Positions 1-13,515 of a stretch of DNA of 64,000 bases are shown here, piece after piece. Source of the stretch: Octopus vulgaris (Eukaryota). How positions within the stretch are numbered: the stretch's first letter is position 1; every line of letters starts with the position of its first letter. Made by a program: the position numbers and the translations under genes. Below the pieces are notes generated by a model. That model ran no database searches and was not told where the DNA came from. It saw only the letters and a program-made list of their open reading frames with translations. The stretch lies in NCBI GenBank assembly GCA_951406725.2, contig OX597839.1:22382001-22446000 (forward strand). Reading direction: 5' to 3'.

Positions 1-289
1 TCGTAGAACCACCAAAAGTGGGTCACTTAAAGTTTAGGCGAATGAAAATTGAACTGCGCTATTTCTGTTCCGAAATTCATCTCGCAGGTGCAAAAATCGA
101 TAATGTGTTTGTTTAGGCCTTATCCCATGCATTGAATAGTGAACTTTACTCAGTTACATTCTGATTTCAAATTCTGCCGAGGTCAGCTTTCCTTTTCATC
201 ATTTCAGGGTCGATTAAAAACTGTACCAGTTGCACACTGGGGTCGATATAATCGACTTAATCCTTTTGTCTGTCATTCTTTGTCTTCCG

Positions 290-426
290 AGGGGAGAGAG
301 AGTGACCGAGAGTGTGAGAGAGAGAGATTGAGAAAGAGAGAATGAGAGAGAGAGTGAGAGAGAAAGAGTGAAATAGAGAGTTAGAGAGATTGTGAGAGAG
401 AGAGTGAGATAGAGAATGAGAGAGAA
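290..426. repeat. (GA)n-rich microsatellite followed by a Helitron-like 3' end (gccgggcaatactgCTAGt, to ~444)
   Basis: direct reading; the end matches the Helitron ends at 28735 and 60483. Confidence 0.75.
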
Positions 427-779
427 AGCCGGGCAATACTGCTAGTATATATATAGATATATAATGTACCATTATCTACACACCTACACAAAATCTTCAA
501 TGGTGTCACCACACATACTACGGTACGAGCAGTCACACAGTTTCACTCAGTACACACCCCAAACACCATCATGCACACACCCACACAAGCACGTAATACC
601 TGAACACACACACATACACACACACACGCACACGCATAGACAAAGATAACTTTCGCCCACACTATTTCATCACAGACACACACATGCACACACCACTTGA
701 AAAAGCCCACATCAACTGCTACACACACACACACACACACTGATCAGACTCACTTGCTCCCATTCACACACACACATGC

Positions 780-935
780 TGAACTCCACCCTGTTTTTTC
801 TCCATTTTTTCCCCCCTCTTATTCCTTTCTGTTGAAGAGAAAAGACTTTTCCATTTTTCCCCCCGAGTGTCAAACTAATACACCTGTTCGTTGTTCCTCC
901 ACCTGTCTTTGTCTTGTTTTTCTGTTAATTTGAAC
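780..935 (+). mobile_element. Short element of the hammerhead-bearing family, with the ribozyme core deleted
   Basis: colinear with the reverse complement of 61560-61750; reads ctttCTGTTGAAGAG then directly AAAAGACTT; ends in (TA)n. Confidence 0.6.
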
Positions 936-1217
936 TATATATATATATATATATAAATTTAACAATTAAGGATAACTTCTTAATAAGGAATCTTAACAAA
1001 AAATTATCAGGTAGTTAGCGTGAAATCCTCATAGGGTACGATTAGGTACGATTAGTGAAATTTTGGTAGTAATGACTTATGTCCCTCTTAGTGTGAGGCA
1101 TTTATGTGTAATAATGCCCTCTATACAATATATATATATATATATATAATCATCAAATAACACCTAAAGAAATTTGATCCACCAATGCGGTATTGAGCAC
1201 TCATATTGTTCAACACT

Positions 1218-1275
<58 letters not shown>

Positions 1276-2244
1276 ATTATATTAGGCATCTGTTTAGCAA
1301 TGTATCATCAAAAAGGAAAACAATTATTGTCATTAGATATGACAGAGGCTGTTAAAACACCTACAATGTATACATATATATATATATATATATAATATAT
1401 TAATAAATAAAATAAAACATATGCGTATATATAAACATATATGTACGTACCTACCTCTACATGTACATATACACGCATATATGAGTACAGGACACCAAAG
1501 GGACGTCGAACACAAAGAGAAACGAAAACATAGACACAAACCAAAGGAACTGGACATTTTTTAAAAACAACAAAAAAAATAGAGTACAGGACAATTAACA
1601 CAAAGAAAAAACCCCTTCTTCAGTCGCTAAGGTTTCATCTACTCTACGTTTCGAAGGATAAAAGCGAGATATATAGTATGTGTAGGAGGTTTGTGTGTGT
1701 GTGTTATTTCAATTTTGGTGATTCTTGTGTTTAATAGCAAATTCTCGAAGAAATCTAGAGAGAGAGAGAGAGAGAGTGTTAAATAATAATTCTGTTGCTG
1801 CCATTCAAACTTTGCTGTCTTTTAACTAAGCAAAACGGTTGGTGAAAGCAATAAGCCCCCCGCCCCGGTCACCATTTCTCAGAACCGATTCTCTGTCGGC
1901 AACCCGACACTGCAGCATTTGCTGTTAAGTAAAACAAAACACCGATTGTAATTCTTAGCTAAAACACTTGACATTTAAAGAAAGAAGTCTAGAATTTAGC
2001 AAGAGAAACTAAAAGACTTCCTGGAAAACAACAAACAAACAAAACAAATAAAAGATAACAAAATTAAGTTAATGAAGAAAAGAGAGAAAAAAATAAAGCA
2101 TTAATTAAGCATAAATTAATCATTTTAATAATATGATCTGATTGTTTTGCAAAGAGTAATGTGTTTTCAATTTAGAATTTAGTGTTTGGTCGTCTTTCTA
2201 GAATTACAGAATGATATCAGAGGATTTTCAGTTTTACCAATAAA

Positions 2245-2850
2245 ATGTCTTCTCTTTCAGTTTGTGTCTGACACCCAAGTCTCTCCCCCTCTCTCTCTGC
2301 CTCTTTCTCTCTCTGTGTCTCTTTCTCTCTCTCTCTGTCTCTTTCTCTCTCTCTGCCTCGTTCTCTCTCTCTCTGCCTCTTTCTCTCTCTCTCTCTTTCT
2401 CTGCCTCTTTCTCTCTCTCTGTCTCTTTCTCTCTCTCTGTCTCTTTCTCTCTGTGCCTGTGCCTCTTTCTCTCTCTCTGCCTCCTTCTCTCTCTCTCTGT
2501 CTCTTTCTCTCTCTGTCTCTCTCTCCTCCTCTCTCTGCCTCTTTCTCTCTCTCTCTGCCTCTTTCTCTCTCTCTCTCTCTCTCTCTGTCCTCTCTCTGCC
2601 TCACTCCCTCTATCTCTTCTCTCTCTTCTTCTCCCCCTCTCTTTCTCTTTGTCTCCATGTTCGTCTGTCTTTCTCTCTCTCTCTCTCTCTGCATGTCTAT
2701 CTCCTCTCTTTATCACTCTCTATCTCTCTCCCTCTATTCCTCTCTACCTGTCTCTTTCTTCCTTTCCCTCTATATCCATCTTTCTCCCTGTCTCTCTCTC
2801 TCTCTCGCCCTCTCTGTCAATCTGTCTGCCTCTCTCCCTCTCTATCTACC
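2245..2850. repeat. (CT)n-rich degenerate polypyrimidine tract
   Basis: direct reading; source of the spurious LSLSL/ERERE ORFs. Confidence 0.95.
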
Positions 2851-3319
2851 CCCACCCTTCATTTAATCAGGGTACATGCAACACAATAACAGCCTCTATT
2901 TAAGTGACACTAACTTTTGTCAAAAGCCAAATAATTATCAAATTTTGCATATTTTAAGTCCCATTAACCAATTAATTTGTCACATTCATCGTTAACCTGT
3001 TAAGGTGACTCTTACGCACTGACATTACCACAGACATTAATGAGTAAAGGTTGGGGCCTCTAAGTGGTCACCCGACTTGCTAGAAACCACAGCTAATCTT
3101 TTGCAAGTCATACCTGACAGTCTTTCTTTTTTAAAAAGAACACATTTAATAATGTAGTCCTAGATACACTGTTCTCAAGAAAAGGAAAACACTATATTGG
3201 ATATCTTCTTTATCAATCCTGATTTGACCATCACATCAGAATGACAACAGAAGTTGACATTAGTTTCATATTCTCTATCCCTGGAAACCGTTTGGGAATA
3301 GATTTAGGTATTTCCACCC

Positions 3320-3680
3320 CCTTTATTCTTTCACTTGTTTCTGTCATTGGACAGTGGCCATGCTGGAGCACCATTTTGAAGTGTTTATTTGAATAGTTTG
3401 CCCACAGTCTTTATTTGAAGTCTGGTATTTACTCTGTAAGTCTCTTTCTGTGAAACCTTTGAGTTATGAGGCTGTAAACAAACCAACACACACTGTCAAG
3501 CAGTTTTGAGACACACACACACACACACACACTCTCTCTCTCTCTCTCTCGCTCGCTGCCATACAGTTTTGTCCTAAAGCTTTAGTAAAAGACATTTGCG
3601 CCAAGTGCTGCCCAGTGGGACAGAACCTGAAACCATCTGAATTCAAAGTGAACTTCTTAATCATACAGTGATGCCTATGG
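3320..3680 (-). mobile_element. Degenerate CORE-type tRNA-derived SINE (family A)
   Basis: matches family A at both ends (ggccatgctggagcacc...; ccaagtgctgcccagtgggacagaacc). Confidence 0.7.
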
Positions 3681-3796
3681 TATTTCTTATTGGATTGACA
3701 TGGAGGGAGAGGCTGTGTCAGTTGCCTTCACAAAATTTCTGACACTGGTTACAATTAATGTTTGTTGTGAATATTTTAAATATTTTGCAAAGTGAA

Positions 3797-4550
3797 TAGG
3801 CATGGCTGTGTGGTAAGAAGCTTGCTTCCCAATCACATGGTTCCGGGTACAATCCCAATGCATGGCACCTTGAGCAAGGGTCTTCTACTATAGCTTCAGC
3901 CCAACCAAAGCCTTGTGAGTGGATTTGGTAGATGGAAACTGAAAGAAGCCCATTGTTTGTGTGTGTGTATATATATATATATATATACTTTTATTCTTTT
4001 ACTTGTTTCAGTCATTTGACCGTAGCCATACTGGAGCACCACCTTTAATCGAAGAAATCAATCCCACAACTTATTTTTCTTAAGCCCAGTACTTATTCTA
4101 TCAGTCTCTTTTGCTGAACCGCTAATTCATGGGGACATAAACACACCAGCATCGGTTGTCAATGATGGTGTGGTGAGTAGATACACACACACACTCACAT
4201 ATATGACAGGTTTCTTTCAGTTTCCATTTACCAAATCCACTCACAAGGCTTTGGTCGATCCAAGGCTGTAGTAGAAGCAAGGTGCCACACAGTGGGACTG
4301 AACCCAGCACCAACTGGTCAGGAATCAAGCTTCTTGCCACACAGCCATGCCTGCGACTAGATGTGTGTCTGTGTGTCTGTGTTTATCGTCCAGCACTGCT
4401 TGATAATCGGTTTGTTTACATCCCCATAACTTAGTGGTTTGACAAAAGAGATTGATGGAATAAGTGCCAGGTCTAAAAAGGAAAGTCCTTCAAGGTGGGT
4501 GCTCCAGCATGGCCGTAGTCCAGTGACTGAAACAAGGAAAAGATGAAAGA
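3797..4550. mobile_element. Family A SINE (+) split by a second family A SINE (-, ~3988-4355)
   Basis: 5' half 3797-3960 and 3' half 4370-4550 flank an inverted copy sitting in the central microsatellite. Confidence 0.75.
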
Positions 4551-4985
4551 AATCAATAACAACAAAAACATAGAGAAGGAGGGAAATTTTTAGGAGCCAA
4601 CATTCAAGAAGGACTGGGCTTAATGATTAGTATGGGATCTGGGGGTTGGTGGATAAGTGATGGGTGGGTTTGAAAGGGCTAAATGGAGGTCCTTAAATAG
4701 ACAACATACAAAATCGCTTTCACTTGATTAAGTTACGAAAGGACCCTAAATTCTAACTAATCCTAGTTTTGTCGCAACAACATGAACGGAAACTTCTATG
4801 TTGTCAATCGGCCTGCTGGAAATAGCAGTTAACTGTCCTTCTTGTCATGCTGTATCATCTTAAAGGGAAGAATTTATTAGATAATGTAGTTCTAAAGACA
4901 GGAGGGTCATGGCTGGAATGATCTAATTCATCAGGGTTGACCTTTGGCTAAAAAACAACAAAGAAATCTAAGTGCAATTTCAAAA

Positions 4986-5375
4986 GGTGCAGGAGTGGCT
5001 GTGTGGTAAGTAGCTTGCTTACCAACCACATGGTTCCAGGTTCAGTCCCACTGCATGGCACTTTGGGCAAGTGGCTTTTGTTATAGCCTCGGGCCGACCA
5101 AAAGCCTTGCGAGTGGATTTCGGAGATGGAAACCGAAGGAAGCCTGTCTTATATAAATATGTGTATATGTTTGTGTGTCTGTGTTTGTCCCCCACCACCA
5201 TCACTTGCTAACCCAATGTTGGTGTGTTTATGTCCTCATAACTTAGCGGTTTAGCAAAAGAGAGCGATAGATTAAGTACTAGGCTTACAAGGAATATGTC
5301 CTGGGGTTAGTTTGTTTGGCTAAAGGCAGTGCTCCAGCATGGCCATAATCAAATGACTGAAACAATTGAAAGAAT
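4986..5375 (+). mobile_element. Family A CORE-type SINE, near full length
   Basis: A box (tggctgtgtggtaag), B box (ggttcagtccc), CORE-like ctttgggcaagtg, tail tgactgaaaca. Confidence 0.85.
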
Positions 5376-5439
5376 AACTTATTTCTATTTTAATTAATTT
5401 CATCCACGAAAATCTTCCTCGGTGAAACTTGATTTTGAA

Positions 5440-5840
5440 TTTTTGCACAAGGCCGGCAAGTTCGAGGGAGTTGGTGGGGAGGGTCTGTTGATTGCATTGA
5501 CCTCCCTCAGTGCAAGACTGGTACTTATTTTACCGACCCTGGATAGATGAAAGATAAAGTTGACTTAAGAGGAATTTGAACCCACAACATAGAGACAAAT
5601 GAGACGAGTCTAAGGATTTTGCTTGGCATGCTAACCACTCTGCCAGCTCAATGCTGAAATTTTGGGGGAGGCAGTCAGTCGATTAGATAGACCCCAGTAC
5701 GCAACTGGTACTTAATTGACTCCAAAAGGATAAAAGGGAAAGTCAACCTTGGCAGAATTTGAACTCAGAATGTAAAAATGGGCAAAATACCGCTAAGCAT
5801 ATAAGAAGGGGACGTGCTAACAATTCTGCCAGCTCGCTGC
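5440..5840 (-). mobile_element. Two degenerate family B SINEs
   Basis: gaccc..gaaaggatgaaaggcaaagtcgacc..ggaatttgaactcag motif in both. Confidence 0.7.
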
Positions 5841-5860
5841 TTTCTTATTATAATAATGTT

Positions 5861-5894
<34 letters not shown>

Positions 5895-5913
5895 TTAATA
5901 ATAATAATAATAA

Positions 5914-6470
5914 ATGCCCTGATGCAGTACCAGGCAGTGGTTCTCATGGCTTCTGATCTTAACTGATTGGAAGTGTTATCATGTACATTGTTTTGTCTCG
6001 GTATAAAAGATGGCCTACAGCAAATTTTCTGCTCAATACCACAGATCTGCTTGTCAGTTGTTTGACCTTAACCAGTAGAGCATGTCCCTTAGTGGCTGGC
6101 AATATGTGCATCTCTGATCATGAGCAGAAGTAGTGGGTGAGTATCATAGCCATGTGTTGAAAGGGATTCTTTGGGGTTTGAATAATTCACCTCTGGAAAC
6201 ATGGGTGATTCGTTCAACATCCTTAAACAAACCTTATTCAGGGACCTTTTGAGTGGGATGGGTTACTCGACCAGAAGAAAATTCTAACTGGGCCCCACCT
6301 ACAAGGTCATGCATTGTTTATCTTGATATGAGATCATCATGTCACGCACATGTGGTTGTGATGCATGTGCCTGGTGTACCCTTATCGGATGGGTAGTCAT
6401 GATGGGTATACTGGGCTTCGTATATCTGTACCCCAGTGTTACTTTGATGGCATGCACTGCTCTCTCACTC
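5914..6470. mobile_element. Unclassified interspersed repeat inserted in (AAT)n
   Basis: GC-richer block bounded on both sides by (AAT)n; family not recognised. Confidence 0.4.
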
Positions 6471-6709
6471 AATAATAATAATAATGAAATCTCTGTACAT
6501 ATTGAGAGTGGTTAGTACTCCATTATGGTTACAACAGATGAAAGAAATAACATTTGTGTGGAATTAGGTTTCTCTTAGAATTAGTTTACCTGTGTAGGTC
6601 TTGTTTGGGTAAATATATGTGTGTGTGTATGTTTACCTAAACACACACACACACACACCTACATGTATATGTGGGTTCTTTGGGTTTGTATGTCTATGGG
6701 TGAGTGTGT

Positions 6710-6985
6710 ATCTTTTACTTGTGTCAGTCTTGTGGCACTGAGACCATACTGGAGCACTATCTTGAAGAACTCTACTTGAGCAAATCGACCCCAGAACTTA
6801 CAATTTCTTATTTTGTTAAGCTTGGTGCTTATTTTATTGATTCCTTTTGCCAAACTGCTATGTTACAGGAACACATCAACACAGATTGTCAAGCACTGGT
6901 GGGGACAGGTACACACACACACAAGTAATGGGGATGTAAACACACCAACATCGGTTGTCAAGTAATGGTTGGGGGACAAACACAG

Positions 6986-7026
<41 letters not shown>

Positions 7027-7193
7027 CATAGGCGCAGGAGTGGCTGTGTGGTAAGTAGCTTGCTTCCCAACCACATGGTTCTGGGTTCAGTCCCACTGTG
7101 TGGCACCTTGGGCAAATGTCTTCTACTATAGCCTCAGGCCAACCAAAGCCTTGTGAGTGGATTTGGTAGATGGAAACTGAAAGAAGCCCGTCG

Positions 7194-7230
<37 letters not shown>

Positions 7231-7488
7231 ATATGTTTGTGTGTCTGTGTTTGTCCCCCTAGCATTGCTTCACAACCGATGCTGGTGTGTTTATGTCCCC
7301 GTCACTTAGCAGTTCGGCAAAAAGAGACCGATAGAATAAGTACTGGGCTTACAAAGAATAAGTTCCGGGGTCGAGTTGCTCGATTAAAGCCGGTGCTCCA
7401 GCATGGCCACAGTCAAATGACTGAAACAAGTAAAAAGTAATATATATACATGTGTATGTGTGTGTGTGTATACATACATATATATAAT

Positions 7489-7568
<80 letters not shown>

Positions 7569-7803
7569 TATATACATGTATATATGCATTCATACGTGTA
7601 TACATGTATATATTCATATATATACGTGTATACATGCATATATATATATATGATGGGCTTCTTTCAGTTTCTGTCTACCAAATCCACTCAGAAGGCCTTG
7701 CTCGGCCCTAGGCTATAGTAGAAGATACATGCCCAAGGTATCGGACTGAACCTGGAACCATGTGGTTGGGAAGCAAGCTACTTACCACACAGCCACTCCT
7801 GTG
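6710..7803. mobile_element. Family A SINE cluster: full copy 7030-7440 (+) between minus-strand halves 6710-6990 and 7650-7803
   Basis: sequence identity to the other family A copies. Confidence 0.8.
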
Positions 7804-7884
7804 CCATATAAATGTTGTTTGGGTATGTGTGTGTATGTTCTCATTCACTTACACACACATATCTGCCAGTAGTGATATATACGT

Positions 7885-7934
<50 letters not shown>

Positions 7935-8759
7935 ACACACACACACACACACATATTGTCCCCACCAAAACACATGCACTCATGAATGTAGGCGAGCTTG
8001 GTGCTGCCAATACTAAGCAGTTGCAGCAAATGGTGACACGGTGTAGTTGAAACTGGAGGTGTTTTCGGCTGTGCAGTTCTGCAGACATTGAGACGACACG
8101 GCTGTTCATTTAAGTAGACATTACAAGAATCAGAAGAACACAGTTTTAACTCAACACGGAACTAAATTTAGCTGCATTCATTAAATGGCACTTCTGAAAT
8201 TCCATTTTCTTCATTTGAAACAAGAAGCATTAATGAAGCCGGGCAACGGGCTTGCATGTTGGGACAAATAACATTTAGACACACACACACACGGTTGTGT
8301 AAACATATATACACATATATAAACATACATATACAGTTGTAGTGCACCTGAGCACTGTACACAATTATTATTATTATTATATGTAAACGGTTATACACAC
8401 ATACACACAAGCATGTCTACACAGCTATGTTTCTGCAAACATATATAAACATACACAAGTGTGTGTATACAAATATATATCCGTATGCACTTAAAAAAAC
8501 ATTATATTATCAACATGAATTTATAGATGAGGATGTGTATTTATGAGAGAGTACTGTGATCTTACGAATGGTGAGGCGAAATGTTATTGGCTGCTAATGG
8601 ACCAATCACTGGTTGACGCTATTTTTGGTGCTGAGAGGGACAAAGTGTGTGTTTAGCAAAGTGCAACAGAGTTTGTTTGTAAAGCAACAAATTTCTGGTT
8701 TTTTATCTTTAATCTCTGATGTTTGTATATATTGGTAAAAGACAAGGGCAAGATGTATA

Positions 8760-9198
8760 AAAGGAGATATACATACATACGTTATGTGTATATATACATA
8801 TATACACGTATATGTGTATGTATGTGTGTGTTTATGTGTGTATGTATGTGTATATGTGTATGTATGTATGTATGTGTATTTATGTATGTGTATATATGTA
8901 TGTGTATATGTATATATATATACATGTGTGTGTATATGTATATATATATACATGTGTATGTTTATGTATATATATATACATGTGTATGTTTATGTATATA
9001 TATATGTATGTATATATGTATGTATATATGTATATATGTATGTATGTATACATGTATATATATATGTATGTATGTATACATGTATATATATATGTATACA
9101 TGTATATATATATGTATGTATGTATATATGTATGTATGTGTATATAGGTATGTATGTGTATATAGGTATGTATGTATATATATATATATATATATATG
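8760..9198. repeat. TA/TATG/TG compound microsatellite
   Basis: direct reading. Confidence 0.95.
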
Positions 9199-9318
9199 AT
9201 TTGAAAACCCACTAGAATGGGAGCAAGCGCTAATCCGAATGATATGATATATATGTAAAAAATGTAATATATAAATAAATATATACAAATATGAACCATC
9301 TGATCTGATTACCTCAAT

Positions 9319-9357
<39 letters not shown>

Positions 9358-9358
<1 letters not shown>

Positions 9359-9932
9359 ATCATCATCACTACTTAACATCTGCTCTCCATGCTGGCATGG
9401 GTTAGATGGTTTGACTGGATGAGCCGGAGAGCTATACCAGCTTCTGGTCTCTATCTGGCATGGTTTCTACGGCTGGTTGCCCTTCCTGAAGCCAACCATT
9501 CCAGGAGTGTAATGGGTGCTTTTATTTTCCACTCACTTGGGTGCCATTCACATGACACTGGCAATGACCACAACTATGATTCACAAGTGGGGGCCATGGA
9601 AATGGCACCAGCAATGACCATGATGATTCTCAGGTGCCATTTACGTGGTACAACAACCCCGACCATGATCCACGGATGCTATTTCCATGGTACCAGCAAT
9701 GACCACAACGTATGATCTCGCTTGGCCTGACAAGTCTTCTCACACACAGCCTACCACCAATGCTCTTGGTCACTTGTCTTCACCTCTGTGAAGCCCAACA
9801 TTTCAAGATCATGCTTCACCACCTTGTCCCATGTCTTCCTGGGTCTACCTCTTCCACAGATTCCCTCCATAGTTAAAGATCAGCACTTCTTTACACATTT
9901 GTCCTCATCCATATGCATCACATGACCATACC
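9358..9932 (-). mobile_element. RTE-clade LINE 3' fragment with (GAT)n tail
   Basis: homologous to 21435-22200; encodes a GRGRPRKTW-type C-terminus. Confidence 0.8.
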
Positions 9933-10321
9933 AGAGCCACGAATCCTTTTTCATGACCTACCATCGATTGAGCGCCATCTGTAGCAAGACCACTCAGTTT
10001 TTCATATGCTAAATCAAAATCTTTCAAGGCTGAGTTGACCATTCGGAATAAATCTTCACCTCTAGCTGTTCCATGCATTGATTTCGAGGCAAGAAATTCT
10101 TCCCGAATGTTGAATTTTGCAGTTATTCCATGTATAAATATTGCCATCCGGGAAGTATCAGACAGTTCAATTGTCTCATCAATGGCTAATGAATACAATA
10201 CGAATTCTGCTGATTCAGATTTTAGAGAATTTTCAATGTCATCAGTAATATCTTTAATATGATCAGAAACAGTTTTTCTTGATAATATTTCCAAAACCAA
10301 TTAACCTTCTTCTGGGCATAT

Positions 10322-10491
10322 GCGCAGGAGTGGCTGTGTGGTAAGTAGCTTGTTTACCAACCACATGGTCCCGGGTTCAGTCCCACTGCGTGGTACCTTG
10401 GGCAAGTGTCTTCTACTATAGCCTCGGGCTGACCAAAGCCTTGTGAGTGGATTTGGTAGACGGAAACTGAAAGAAGCCCGTCGTATATATG

Positions 10492-10522
<31 letters not shown>

Positions 10523-10735
10523 ATTTGTGTGTCTGTGTTTGTCCCCCTAGCATTGCTTGACAACCGATGCTGGTGTGTTTATGTCTCCGTTACTTAGCGG
10601 TTCGGCAAAATAGACCGATAGAATAAGTACTGGGCTTACAAAAGAATAAGTCCCGGGGTCGAGTTGCTCGATTAAAGGCGGTGCTCCAGCATGGCCGCAG
10701 TCAGATGACTGAAACAAGTAAAAGAGTAAAGAGTA
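10322..10735 (+). mobile_element. Family A SINE, full length, inside hAT relic
   Basis: complete head-to-(AAGAGT)n tail copy. Confidence 0.9.
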
Positions 10736-11017
10736 TATATTCTCAACAGCAGTAAGGATACATTCTTTCACCAATCCACCATCACTTTGTGCTTTGAGTC
10801 TTTTACCAATATTTTTGTATACCGACTGTCTCGACTAACTGATTAATTTTCAAGAATTGGCCTTTTAAAAGAAGCTTGTTCTTTGGTCAGATTTTGTTTT
10901 TGAAGGAGGCTATCTTGTCAAAACGTTCCGATTCTTTCAAATTTCCATAAATCTTATGCTTCCTCACAAAATGCCTCTCTGTATTATGAACTGCTGCTTG
11001 TTTGTTGCACCTGTTAC

Positions 11018-11417
11018 CTTTTACTCTCTTTTACTCTCTCTTTTACTTGTTTCAGTCATTTGACTGCAGCCATGCTGGAGCACCGCCTTTAGTTGAGCAA
11101 ATCAACCCCGGGACTTATTCTTTGTAAGCCCAGTACTTATTCTATTGGTCTCTTTTGCCGAACCGCTAAGTGACGGGGACGTAAACACACCAGCATCAGT
11201 TGTCAAGCAATGCTAGGGAGACAAACACATACACTTATATATATATACATATATACGACGGGCTTCTTTCAGTTTCCGTCTACCAAATCCACTCACAAGG
11301 CATTGGTCGGCCCGAGGCTATAGCAGAAGACACTTGCCCAAGATGCCACGCAGTGGGACTGAACCCGGAACCATGTGGTTGGTAATCAAGCTACTTACCA
11401 CACAGCCACTCCTGCGC
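11018..11417 (-). mobile_element. Family A SINE, full length, inside hAT relic
   Basis: reverse complement of the 10322-10735 type. Confidence 0.9.
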
Positions 11418-12889
11418 TTATTTCAATCAAAAATAAAACTCAGTCCATTTTTCATCAAAGCACTTCATTTTATAGGATTTTTATAACCGCTTGCCATATT
11501 GATAAGGGTATTGAAAAATTGATTTAACAAGGTTAAGCTATAAACCAGTTAAATTTATATTATAGATTTTTGGAATTTTTGTTATTACTGCTGCCTAGGA
11601 AAAACAAAAGCCAACCGGTTTGTAGTTGTAATGCATGCATTTAGTGTTGTAAAAAATACAAATCTACAAAAAATTCAGATATTGTTTGGTTCTGCAAGGT
11701 TTGATTTTTCTCTCTCCTTTGTCCATTGACAAATGAGTGGATAGGGAAGGGAGATAACTGATAAGCCGATGGCAGATGAAAGTAACTTCGGTTGACCTTC
11801 TTGACACTGACTCATAGCAAAAATGCAACACCCCTTTCAAAAAAAAAAAAACGTTTTTCACTGCTTTTTCAAAAAAAAAAAAGGATTTTTTTTTTTTATA
11901 ATCCTGTTCACAAAACACCAAATTAGTAGTTTCTGCTTTGATGAAGCTTTACCAATTTGTTTTTGATTTTTAATAAATTTTTAAAAATATCTTTTGCTTA
12001 TTGATTGACAAAAAGAGGGTGGGTCTCGATTTTGGAGATTTTTTTTGTAAAAACGGGAAAAATGAAATAGGGAGGAAAAATAAAATACTTAGGATTCTTG
12101 GATATGAATAATGTTTACATAGTATCTTCCACTACCCTTCAGCTTTTGTTTTATATAAAAATTATTTCGATACATGCAATATATTTCTAGTTTTCTCAGC
12201 TTGAGTGTAGTTGGGTCTCAAGGGGGCGGTACAAACCTAGAAATATGTGTTTTGTAGTGAAACCAAAATTTCCATTCAAATGGCAATTACCAGAGATTCA
12301 TGTTCGAGTCTAACCGTTTTAAGTCGATGTGGAAACCCAACCTATGTTGCAAATAGGTATACGAGTATTGTATAAATTTTATAATTGAAAACTTTACTTT
12401 ATTTTGTACCTATGAGTACACCAGGCTGGGGCTGCAATTGCACCCGTGGGTGGGGTTTCCCCACTCCTGGTTTAGACTGTTGTGAGAAAGGGTAGTTTTA
12501 TTCTACTGATGCATTGTGCATACGTGGTGCTCTGAGTCGCATCGGGGGTTTGGTGTGCTTCGGTGGTGGCATACTTACACGTCATCTGTCACTGCCGCAG
12601 ACACTTCTGCTGACCTTAGGCAGGCACTGGCAATGTAAATTCTGCTATGGCTATCCCGTAAAGTATGAGAGGAACCGTGGTATCAGATCAATGGTTTGTG
12701 CACTCGCTTGATAGAGCAGAGGTACCAGGCTGCCTCTGAGCAATAATGGTCAGTCACCTCTAAGCCAGAACCAAGTTGTTTTCCAAAAGTGTCTCAACCT
12801 CAAGGCGCATGCCTTAGCTCACCCGTTGCATCCTCACGGCAAGCAGCAGCGTCACCGGTGGAAATGCCACCCGACTTGTTCGAAGAGAT

Positions 12890-13384
12890 TGTAAAGGTCT
12901 ACATAGCTAAATAGTTGAATGATCTCCCTTGCAAGAAAGATTATAGAGTAACCTCCTTTTCCTAAGTTTCTCAAAGCATCTGTGTCATGAGATGTGATTC
13001 TTAATCATTCAAGAAGCTTTGCGTTTCTCTTGGAAGTTTCTAGAATGTCTAGCGTTGCATTAATAAAAAAACAGCTTGCTAACCCTGCTCTTCACTTCTT
13101 AGTCCATTGCTATATCCATCTATCTCTCTATGCCACATTACTGAAAACCACCACTTAGCTCTTATTTCTACATTTCCTATCTCTGAACTTTCTTGCATAG
13201 ATTACTTCATTCAACTAGATGCTGCTTATTGATTCTATGTATCGTCATCGACCAGTAAATAAAGTATATTTTTCTGTATTAAATATATAGTTCTTGAATT
13301 TATTCTTCATCTCTTTGTGAACTATTGTAATAACATACACACAGCCACATCAACACCTTGTACTGACTAAATATTTCCACTTCA
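12890..13384 (+). mobile_element. 5' LTR of Ty3/Gypsy element (495 bp, TG...CA)
   Basis: TGTAA...TTCA, internal AATAAA, followed by taaatTGG (PBS-like); inverted copy at 17175-18748. Confidence 0.88.
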
Positions 13385-13515
13385 TAAATTGGGTGACTCT
13401 GAGAATAATCATAAATTGGTTACTATTCGACATATTTAGTTATATTCTACTACTTTCCATATCACAATTTTCTTCTACTAAATTATCTTCAACTCAAACA
13501 ACGAGGATATCTGCT

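Larger units (their letters stand above)
9933..11497 (-). pseudogene. hAT transposase relic (Buster/SPIN/GTF2IRD2-like), interrupted by two SINEs and truncated by the RTE fragment
   Basis: VKECILTAVE, LSRKTV, YSLAIDET, EEFLA..SMHGTARGEDLF and LATDGAQSMVG motifs; ATG at ~11497; stops and frameshifts. Confidence 0.88.

Noticed and set aside
2186-2903. LSLSL and ERERE ORFs
   Set aside because: Translations of a (CT)n tract.
8183-8240. miR-183/263-like seed (aatggcac) in a weak hairpin
   Set aside because: Only the seed matches; the 3' part differs and the opposing arm pairs poorly.
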